In this document: positions 9,241 to 20,000 of the stretch, piece after piece | How the letters are laid out: each line of letters starts with the position of its first letter | Numbering within the stretch: the stretch's first letter is position 1 | Source of the DNA: Neocallimastix sp. 'constans' | Lineage: Eukaryota | Assembly: GCA_050613775.1 (NCBI GenBank) | Contig: JBODTK010000119.1 | Span: 482,840 to 502,839, forward strand | Length of the DNA: 20,000 nucleotides | Reading direction: 5' to 3' | Made by a program: the position numbers and the translations under genes | The notes under the pieces: generated by a model | Seen by the model: the letters and a program-made list of their open reading frames with translations, nothing else | The model's database searches: none | What the model was told of the DNA's origin: nothing

Positions 9241-9276
9241 TAATTATTCACTTAATAAATTTTAAGTGAATAATTA

Positions 9277-9420
9277 ATAAATAGTAAATAATAATAAATA
9301 GTAAATAATAATAAATAATAAATAATAACAAATAATAAATAATAACAAATAATAAATAATAAATAAATAATAAATAATAAATAAATAATAAATAATAAAT
9401 AAATAGTAAATAATAAATAA
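9277..9420. repeat. (ATAAATA)n heptamer-type simple repeat
   Basis: Degenerate ATAAATA tandem units. Similar tracts at ~13825-13870, ~14370-14640 and ~16110-16370. Confidence 0.85.
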
Positions 9421-9619
9421 AAAAATAAATATTTTTCTAATTAAAAAAAATTGAATAATTAAATCTAATTTTTTATTCAGAATAAATATAAATATTTCAA
9501 ATATTAAGCAATAAAAATATATTTTCATATACACTTCATATCTTTATATTTCTTGTTTATTAAAAAATTATATATTATTTATCTGAATAATATCTGAATA
9601 ATAAATAATTATATATATA

Positions 9620-9728
9620 GAATATCAATATTTTATATAGTTATTTTTATTATTATTATCAATATCAATATCTTATATAGTTATTTTTATTAGTAATATC
9701 AATATCAATATTATATAGCTTTTTTATT
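9620..9728. repeat. ~40-bp tandem repeat, about 2.7 copies
   Basis: AATATCAATAT..TATATAGTTATTTTTATTA... recurs from 9620, 9661 and ~9702. Confidence 0.75.
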
Positions 9729-10632
9729 TTATTAAAATTTTAATAATAAAATAAATTAAAATTTGAAATTAAGATGAAATATAAAAGAGTAATAATAAAA
9801 CATTTTTAACATATTTATTTTTTACTTAATATTTTTTTATTTATTATTAATTTTATTTATTTATATGTTTATTTTTTAAAAATATTTTGAGTCACATTTT
9901 GCGAAATGCACTATTGAGAAATGTACAAGGATATATATATGATTTTGGTTATATAGGTATATTTAAAGAATATACATAATCTACTAAAAAAAATATATAT
10001 ATATATATATAATAATATATTAGATATAATTATGATATTAGATATAATTATGAAATCTAAATAATTAATTTCTAACAACGAAATCGAAAGTCATAATACA
10101 AAAGAAGATAAAAAAAAAAAAGGTTTAATATTTGTTTCACATATTTTTCTTTTATTTTTTTCTCTTATTATATTTATCATGTTAATTTTATATATTATGT
10201 AAAGTTAACAAGATTGGTTTTTTTTTATTATTAGTATTTGATATATAATTTAATAGTTATTACACGATAAATAATTTAAAAAGTTATTAATAATAATAAT
10301 TTTTGAGTGGAAAAAATTATAGTTTAAATCTACCAATTTATTTGAATTATTTAATAATTAAATTATTTTATATTTTATGTATAATTCGAATTTTAATTCT
10401 TTGAAAATAAATATATATTAAAAAAAAATATTTTTTTATAATTAAAATATGTTTTTTTTTTATGATTATTTAATTAATAGTTTAATATTTAAAAAAAGTA
10501 GTTAAAATTTTTTTCAAAAAATCAATTTAACCCTAATTATATATATATAAATATAAAAAAATAAAGTCAATTAATTGATAAATATTACAAATGAATGTTA
10601 TTCTATAAATAACATTTTATGTAGTATTTTTT

Positions 10633-10670
10633 AGATTTAACAGTGAATAAAAGATTTAACAGTGAATAAA
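10633..10670. repeat. Perfect 19-bp tandem duplication
   Basis: AGATTTAACAGTGAATAAA x2. Confidence 0.85.
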
Positions 10671-11233
10671 AATTTTAAAAATATTAATAATATGTGAATA
10701 TAAATATAAATATAAATATAAATTTGAAATTGATAGTATTTTTTTTTTTTTTTAAAAATTTTTAATTAAAAAATTAATTATTCTAAATTTAGATATTTTC
10801 TATTGTACAAAAAAAGCTTCATGACATAAAATTTTAATTAATAATAATTTTGAAAATAAATTTTTTGATATATTATTCAATAATGTATAAATACACTTTG
10901 AATGTAAAAGTAAATTTTAATAGTTCATTTTTAATAAATAAAGATTATATTACAATAAATATATTAATATACTAAGTAGATTAAAGAATAATATAATTTA
11001 AATAATAGTCATAACTTTAAATAATGTATAAAATGGGAAATCAAAAACTAAATAAACCCATAAACATATAAAAAATAATTTCACCCTATTTTTTTTAAAA
11101 TAAGCACCCTGTTATTTTTATTTTTATTTTTATATTATTATTTTTATTTTTGAAATTAAAAAAAAAAAAAATTATGAAATTGTTTTTTTTATATAATAAA
11201 AAAAAAAAAAGGAATAATTTTGATGGAATAATT

Positions 11234-11270
<37 letters not shown>

Positions 11271-11701
11271 CAAAAAATTCAAAAAAAAAGGGAATTTATA
11301 TTGTTAACTTCATAAAAAATTATCAATACATTTTCTTATTTATATTATTAAATAAAATAAGTGCTTTTTTTTTGTTTTTCTCTTCTTCTTTGAATTTATA
11401 ATTATTATAATAAAGTACTAATCCAGAAAATTTTTTCATTTTTAGTATTGTCGTTTTTTTTTAAAATTGAAAATTTTATATTTATAAAATTAAAAAACTA
11501 TAGAAAAATAGTGACTTTTATATCTATAATATTGGAGAAATATTTTGTAATATATGTATAACAAGCCAGAAGCTTGCGATACATATAAAATAATAAAGTA
11601 ATAATTAATTTACCACGTGTGGCAAATTAATATTATGAAATAGCAATTTATTTTAAAATTTATTATTAGATATTTAGTATTTTGAAATAGTTGAATTTTT
11701 T

Positions 11702-11792
11702 TTTCATCCTTTTAGTAAATCAATATTTAAATATTGCAAAAAATAAATTTCATCTTTTTAGTAAATCAACATTTAAATATTGCAAAAATAAA
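11702..11792. repeat. 46-bp tandem duplication
   Basis: TTTCATC(C/T)TTTTAGTAAATCAA(T/C)ATTTAAATATTGCAAAAA... x2. Confidence 0.85.
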
Positions 11793-13904
11793 AAAATAAC
11801 AAATTATAATAAAATGTTTTATTTAATACGTAACAACATAAATTATTAAAGTCATTTTTTAGTTATGATTATTACAATATTTTATATAAATATAAAAATT
11901 TACACATTGATTATGAAAATAAAATAAAAATAGAGAAATAATATTAGTCTAAACACATATATTTATAATATATTAAATGCTTATTTACCACTAATAAAAC
12001 TTAAGGAATTCTTTTATTTTTTACACATATTTTTATTTTTTAAATTATTATGGTCAATAGAAAAAAAAAAAAACTGTAATAACATATGTATATGTATATA
12101 TAATTTTTTTTTTTTTGAAAAAATAGACAATAAAATTTAAATAAAAAAAATTATGTTTCATTTGATCATGTGTTACATTATAAATATTTCATTTAAAATT
12201 TTTAAATATAATATTATTGTATTTAATTAATTAAAAATTTTATATATAAAAAATAGGTGCTTAAGAAATTTTCTTTAAAAATATTAATATATTTAAATAT
12301 TGATTATTATATATTTAATGTAGTAATATAAATTTTTATTATTATATTTTAAAAAGATTAATATATTACATACCATTGAAATGATCTTAAATGGTTTAAA
12401 AACATTTATATATATGCATTCTAATAATTATAAATATTTGAGGATTATCAATTATAAAATATCTAAACAATTTTATGAAAACCTTTATAATGGATTTTAA
12501 ATATAATTAAAAAAAAAAAATAGTTTTCCAAATTAAACTAAAATGAATATTAAATAATAATAATTATAATAATAATTATAATAAAACAAAAAATTTTACT
12601 ATTGATAAAATAATAAAATATATAGGAGTATAAAAATTTTACTAATAATAGTAATAAAGGAAAAAAATTTATATTATTTATTAATTAAAAGAAGCAAAAA
12701 TAGTATTGATAATTTGTATGATTAATAATATATAATATTATAAAAGTGTGCTTTTATTAGAAAGTAATAAATAATAATGAATCTAATTGTATTAAATATT
12801 AATATAATTTTTAATAAATAAAAAGATAATTTTTTTTTTCTCTATTTGTATACTATAGTATATTATAGATAATATTAACAATAATCAATTTTATAATTTC
12901 TTTACTATTTTTTATTTCGAACTTTATATTATATATATTATCAAAAAAACAATAATTTTAAAATATATAATTATTATCAAAAAAATAATATAAACATATT
13001 GTAGTATTTTATTATATAAATAATTTTATAAAATCTATAAACCAATAATAATTATAATAATTATCATAATACTAATTATATATATAGTTATAATTTAAAT
13101 AACTATAAATAAAAATTTTCCTAATTATTTATTATTATATTAAATTATTATTGTAGTTGTAAAAAAGCTTAATTTTTTTTTGTAGTAAAATTGAAACTGA
13201 ATGTAGTAGAAAGGACAATTTTTTTGAAAATATTTACCCAATTATAATTATGTTATAAAACTAATAGAATAAAAACCAATTAGTTTTAATTCATATGATA
13301 TAATAATAATATTAAGTATTTTATTTGTTTATAATTATTAAAGGAGATAAATTTAAAAATTACAAACTGAATTAACTATTATTATATAAATTTCATAATT
13401 TTGATAGTTATTAATAAATAATATAAATAAAAATAATTATTAGTAGTAAGAATATTTATAATGAAACATATATAATTAACAATAACAAATATCTTAAATT
13501 TTTTTGTTAAAATTTTATATTATTATAATAATAATATATATATTTTTAAATATACCAAATTTTTTATTATTGTTTTTTTAATATCTACATAGATACTACT
13601 AATGTAACTAAATATTTATTGAATTATTTAAATATAATATATTGTATGGTTCTACAAATTATATTATTGATTATTGTAATACTTTGATTTTGTATATAAA
13701 ATTATTAAGGCTATTCAAAATTGTCTATTATTAAATATACCTTTGGATTATTATAATTTTTTAATAGACAATATTTTATTTATAAAGAATTAATGAAATA
13801 GTTTATAAACAAATAAAAAATGAATAAATATAATAAATAATAAATAATAAATAATAAATAATAAATAATTAATGAGTAATAAATATTATATATATTTAAT
13901 AAGG

Positions 13905-14180
13905 AATAATAAATATAATAACCAATTACTATAAATAAAGAATAATAAATATAATAACCAATTAATGTAGTTAATAATGAATAATAGATATAATAACCAA
14001 TTAATATAATAAATAATGAATAATAAATATAATAACCAATTAATGTTGTTAATAATGAATAATAAATATAATAACCAATTAATATAATAAATAATAATAA
14101 ATATAATAACCAATTAATGTAGTTAATAATGAATAAAAAATATAATAACCAATTAATATACTTAATAATGAATAATAAAT
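13905..14180. repeat. Minisatellite with a ~39-bp unit, 7 copies
   Basis: Core ATATAATAACCAATTA recurs 7 times at 35-39 bp spacing. Confidence 0.9.
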
Positions 14181-14369
14181 GCATTTAATATAATAAATAA
14201 TAAATAATAATTATAATAAAAAATTAATATACTAATAAATAATAAATATAATGATCAAGTAATATAATAAATAATGATAAATAAATATAATTAATGTAAT
14301 AAATAAATAATTAATAATGAATAATGAATAATAATTAATTATTAATAAATAATAAACTATAAATAATGA

Positions 14370-14640
14370 ATAATGAATAATAAATAATAAATAATAAATA
14401 ATAAATAATAAATAATAAATAATAAATAATAAATAATAAATAATAAATTATAAATAATAAAAAATTATAAAAATGAATAATAAATTATAAATAATAAATA
14501 ATAAATTATAAAAAATTATAAATAATGAATAATAAATTATAAATAATAAATAATAGATAATAAATAATGTATAATAAATAATAAAAAATAAATATAATTA
14601 TTATGTAATAAATAATAGATAATCGATAATAATAAATAAT
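14370..14640. repeat. (ATAAATA)n simple repeat
   Basis: Long perfect then degenerate heptamer tract. Confidence 0.85.
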
Positions 14641-16109
14641 ATAATAAATAAATAATTAAAAAAAAGGTTAAAATTTTTTTTAACTTTTTTTTTATTGAAA
14701 ATAATAATATTTTAATTTTTATATAAAGTTTTAATATTTAATATTTAATATTTAAATTTATTAGTATTTACTATTTATTAATATTTAATATTTATATTTA
14801 TATATTATTTATATAATATATATAAATGATAATTATAAATAGAATAGTATATTCTAAATTCGTATAATGAACTATTATTTATATAATAAAATTTTATTTT
14901 TTACGTAAATATAAATATAGATATATTATTTTTAAGACTATTGTAATTTTAATATTTAATAACTAATTCAAATAATGAAAAAATCTTTATAGTTCTACAG
15001 ATACTATTTGAAATTATATATATATTTTATTAAAAGATACATAAAAAAATAACTAAACCGTACTTAAACAATTTTTTTTATTTTTACTTCGATACATGTA
15101 TATAATTTTTTTCTTTAAATGCTTTTTTTTATACAAATTTTAATTTCAATAAAATGCAAATTAACAAAGTTAATTTGTTTTTTATACTATAAAATTTATT
15201 TTAAATATAAGGAAAAAGCAGATTTAATTATTTTTTTTTTTTTACATATATAAATTTTTTTTTTTTTTTTGAAAATTAGGAGGTAAATACTAATTATTTG
15301 ATAAAAAAAAGATAGATAATAGATAATAGATATAAGATAATATTATTAATATTAATTTAATAATCATAATTAATATTTATTTAATTCTTATAATAAGAAA
15401 ATGGACAATTCTAATTAAGCTAATTTTTTTTTATATATATATTAATTATTAAATATTAAATATTAATTATTTATTAAGTTACACCTCTTTTTTGAAAATA
15501 TTTTCTAAATACTTTATAAGAATAAAAATTTTTTTATGTCTTTTTTAATAAAAGTCAATTTATAATAAAAAATCATTTTCTTTATTATATTATCTATTTC
15601 TTTTAATATATTATATAAAAATCATTAATAATTTTTATTTATATATTTATTTAATATGAAGTAACTAATAATTATAAAAAGTATTAATAAATAGTATATA
15701 TAATTATATTAATAAGTATTAGTTATTCTTATGAGGTATATAATTTTTAACAAAGTAATTATCCTATTCGTTTATTTTAATAACTAATAATAAATAAATA
15801 GATAAATAATAAAGACATTTAAATAGTAATAAATAGTAACTATTAAATAATAATATAGAATAAAAATATTTTCATAATATCTTTTTACTATGATTTATTA
15901 ATAAAATTGTTTTTTATTATTTATTATTATTGATTTTAACTAAAATTATTATTTACTATTATTGATTTTAACAACTTATTTAATATACTTTAATATCTTT
16001 GATATTACCAAAGTAATAGTTATATTTTCGTTTCTATATCCTATTATTATTATATAGCTATAATAATAAGATAGAGAAACAATAAAAAAAATTAGTGCAA
16101 TTGCGATTA

Positions 16110-16370
16110 TATAAATAAATAAATAAATAATAAATAATTAATAATAAATAATTAATAATAAATAATTAATAATAAATTATAATTAATAAATATTAAATAA
16201 TAAATAATAAATCATATATAATAAATAATTAATAAATAATAATAAATAATAAATAATAAATAATAAATAATAAATAATAAATAATAAATAATAAATAATA
16301 ATAAATAAATAATAAAAAATAACAAAAATAAATTATATATAATATAAAATAAATAAATAGTAAATAATAA
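16110..16370. repeat. ATAA/ATAAATA low-complexity repeat
   Basis: Mixed tetramer, heptamer and 14-mer units. Confidence 0.8.
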
Positions 16371-16726
16371 ATTAGAAAGAAATAAAATAATTATACATAT
16401 ATTTATAATTTATTATTTTTCCATATTAAATAGACATATTCTATTGATTGAATATAAATAATTTTTCTAAAATTTGTTTTTATAGTATGACTTAATTATA
16501 ATATTTAATATCATTTGTTATAATTAATATTATTATCAAATAAAATAAATTATTTATATAATTATTAAAATTAATAAAACGAATAAAATTATATAATTAT
16601 TAAATAATATTAATTATATAATGTAATAATGAGTAACAAATAAATTATTAATATTCATAACTAATAATAATACAAATAAATATCACAAATAAAAAATATA
16701 GTAGAAAATAGAAAACAATAATTATA

Positions 16727-16773
<47 letters not shown>
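16727..16773. repeat. (AAT)n microsatellite
   Basis: About 15 perfect AAT units. Confidence 0.9.
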
Positions 16774-16780
<7 letters not shown>

Positions 16781-17698
16781 ATAAATAATAATAAATATTA
16801 ATAAATATTAATAATAAATAATTAGAAATAATAATAATAAATAATAATAATTCTAGTAATTTAATAGTAATATAATAATTATAATAATAATTAAAATATA
16901 ATAGTAATAATATAATTATAATATTATAATAGCATTACAATTACAATAGTTTTTATTAAAATATTGATAATATATTATATGAAAACCAAATAAATATAAA
17001 TAATATAGTATAGTAAAATATGTATAATTAAAATATGTTTATTAATAATATATTATACAATTATATATAATAATTACTAGTTTTATTTATAACAGTTTAT
17101 AATATATTAAAATATAATATAGTACAAAATATAGTCCTTTTTAACTTTTTTAAATAAATTGTAATATATCTACATAAAATACTGATAATAAATATTAATA
17201 ATATAAAAACAAAATTTAAATATTTTTGATAATATAATATATTTAATTTAAATATAATACAAATATATATTATTTATTTTCAATATAATAAATAATATAT
17301 TATTATATAAATTTCAATTTTAATTTTGTTATATATATTATAATATTTAATTAATGTATATAAATTTAATTAATATATATTATTTATATATTATTAATAA
17401 TAATTAATTGAAATTATAAATATATAATATTATATATTAAATATAATATTATAATATAAAAACTTAATATAATATGTATATAATAAATATTAAATGTAAA
17501 ATAATTATAAAAAAAAGGAAAAGAAAATTATAATATAAAAAGGACTAAAATTTTCTTATAAACTTTTCTTTTCTAATATAATTTTGTTATAATTAATTAT
17601 ACGAATTATATATTTATAATTCAACTATAATTTCAGATATTAGTAGTTCTTAAATTTTAATATATTTAAGGCTTGTTATTAAAAAATATTTTATTAAA

Positions 17699-18106
17699 AT
17701 GCCAAAGGTTGCTAAGGAAAAGAAGGATGGTAAGTTTAAAGAAAAGATATTAATAGAAATATTGTGTTAGAGTAAAATATATTTATATGTAAAGAATGAT
17801 TGTATAATTAAAATGTAATATTTGTAAATAATATAATATTTAGTTCAAAAGCCAAAGAGAGCTTTAACTCCATACAACCAATTTATGAAGCAAGAACTCC
17901 CAAAAATTAAGGCTGAACAACCAAATATTACTCACAAGGCTGCTTTCAAGGAAGCTGCTCAAAGAGTAAGTGATAATATTAATTTATTTGAAAATAAAAA
18001 TAATATAATACGATAAAAAGATGAGAAAAATGTATTAATAATTTTTATAATATTTTAAAATTAATAGTGGAAGGTTTCTCCAGATAATCCAAAGAACAAA
18101 TCTTAA
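17699..18106 (+). CDS. Small YABBY/HMG-box-like DNA-binding protein, 63 aa; exons 17699-17729, 17844-17965 and 18068-18106
   Basis: Both introns are GTAAGT...TAG (114 and 102 bp), and the exons are GC-elevated and splice in frame. Product: MPKVAKEKKDVQKPKRALTPYNQFMKQELPKIKAEQPNITHKAAFKEAAQRWKVSPDNPKNKS, matching the YABBY pattern S.YN.F.K.E...IKA..P.I.H..AF..AA..W. Confidence 0.92.
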
Positions 18107-19764
18107 TTGAAAAGCGCAATAATTTAGAACTTAATTAAATTTGAATTTGTTTTTTTTATTTCCATTTTGTATGTAAATTCATAAAAAGGAAGTAAATGTT
18201 TAGAATGAATTATTATTTTTTATCAATAGACGTTACTTTTTTCGCATTTAAATATAATCTATAATATATATAACATTACTACACTTAATTTTTGGAAATA
18301 ATATTTAAAACAGCTACTATTATTATATCGTTCATATGCAATATAAATATTAAAATTTTTAATATTGAATTATAAAAAAATTAAATATTAATATTTCATA
18401 AAATATTATACCATTTTTTAAAAATTTTGAAAAGTTATTAATGAATTAATAATTAATAAGTTTTCCTTTTTATTTTTTTATATTTTAATATTTATTTTAT
18501 ATTATTTTATCTTTTTTTTTTTATTATAAAGTTAAAATAATATAAAATAAAATATATTAAATGTTTTATTATCAAAAAACAATTATTAATAAAAAAATTT
18601 AAAAAAAAAAAAAGTTATTTGTTTTTAGATTTATTTTAGTGTATGGTAAAGTTTGATGTTTATAAATGAACAATATATTTATGAAATTTATTCAATTTAG
18701 GGAAGATCTTTGGAGAGATTTTAAATTTATTGAATTTATTAATTAATAGAATTATATAAATACCTTTAATCATTACCGAATTTAATCCTAGTATTAAGGA
18801 TTATATTGTCATAATATATGTTAATATATATTCATATATTATGGAATAAATTCTTAAAAAAAGTTATTTTTTTTTTAATTTAAATTTTTAATTTATTTAA
18901 ATAAAATTGAATTTGATGTTAGTTACATTGAATTTTTTTTTTCTTTCATTATTTGTATTAAATATAAACTAAGAAAGAAAGTTATTATTTCTTTTATTCA
19001 ATTAGAATAAATATTTCGATAAAATAATAAAAAATACATATTGTATAATTTTTTTTTTAATTTTATATAAATATATATTGGTTTAATAAATAAATATAGA
19101 TATTTAATATATAAATATTATATATATAATATTAAGTTGAAATTAATAGAGAACATTTAATGGATAAAGTAAAAAAAAAAAAAAAATTCTGATATATGTT
19201 CGAATGATATCTGTCATTGATGTATGAGAAGAATTTATAATTATAATATAATATTTATAAATTTTTTAGTTTTACAAAATATATATAATATATAATTGGT
19301 AATTTATTATAATACTGTTACAGTAACGATTTATATATTAAAGAAATATTAAAGAAATTATTTAAAATTCAAATAAAAAGATTATAATGATAATAATAAG
19401 ATTAAATGGTTATATGATTAATAAATACAATTACATACTAATTATTTTATTAAATTTAAGATTATAATAATATTATTATTAATATTAATCAGTTAAGTAT
19501 TAAAAAAGACTATGAAATAATATAAAATTATATATATATCGTAGTTATAATAAAAATATATAATAGTTATAATAATACTAATAATTATACGATAGCTATA
19601 ATACTAATATTAATATATAAGTTACATATTAATATTATTAATAATAATTATTATAATAATATAATGATTTATTATAATAATTATATATAATAAATAAATA
19701 AATAAATAAATAATAAAATAATAAATATTTATTGCATATCAAGTTTTATATTTAAAGTATGTAA

Positions 19765-20000
19765 AAAAAATAAAAATAAAAACAAAAATAAAAATAAAAA
19801 TAAAAATAAAAATAAAAATAAAAATAAAAATAAAAATAAAAATAAAAATAAAAATAAAAATAAAAATAAAAATAAATAATAAAAATAAAAATAAAAATAA
19901 AAATAAAAATAAAAATAAAAATAAAAATAAAAATAAAAATAAAAATAAAAATAAAAAATAAAAATAAAAATAAAAATAAAATTAAAAAATAAAAATAAAA
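19765..20000. repeat. (TAAAAA)n hexamer microsatellite running off the window end
   Basis: More than 35 near-perfect TAAAAA units. Confidence 0.92.

Noticed and set aside
9241..9295. Helitron 3' end
   Set aside because: The hairpin is AT-rich and is not followed by a CTRR terminus.
13780..14184. Hydrophobic repeat ORFs (also 9274-9534 and 11150-11401)
   Set aside because: Translations of minisatellite, heptamer and poly-A tracts with no coding-like composition.
14655..14696. Inverted repeat A8-GGTTAAAA...TTTTAAC-T9
   Set aside because: Mostly homopolymer pairing, expected by chance at this AT content.
18635..18815. Slightly GC-elevated patch, possible exon or transposase relic
   Set aside because: Plus-strand frames I translated hit stops quickly and show no recognisable motif.
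19765..20000. Telomere
   Set aside because: TAAAAA lacks the G/C-rich strand of known telomere repeats, so it is treated as a microsatellite. Isolated TAACCCTAA (~10529) and TTAGGG in the LTRs are single occurrences.

Overview
Extremely AT-rich eukaryotic DNA with short GT-AG introns. Composition and element types suggest an anaerobic gut fungus (Neocallimastigomycota), which is an inference only. The first ~9.3 kb is an LTR-retrotransposon cluster. It holds the 3' end of a Ty3/Gypsy chromovirus (+), a truncated and frameshifted Ty1/Copia element (-), a 15-bp-period repeat resembling a DNA-transposon end, and a structurally complete Ty1/Copia element (-, 3594-9240) with two LTRs, a TAATT target-site duplication and one in-frame stop in gag. 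Both Copia elements, though divergent, carry a primer-binding site complementary to the anticodon arm of tRNA-Lys(CUU) rather than a tRNA 3' end, which suggests half-tRNA-Lys priming. The complete element has non-canonical TG...TA termini. About 8.4 kb of low-complexity non-coding DNA follows, then a three-exon gene missed by the ORF track (17699-18106) encoding a 63-aa YABBY/HMG-box-like protein, and finally a (TAAAAA)n tract.
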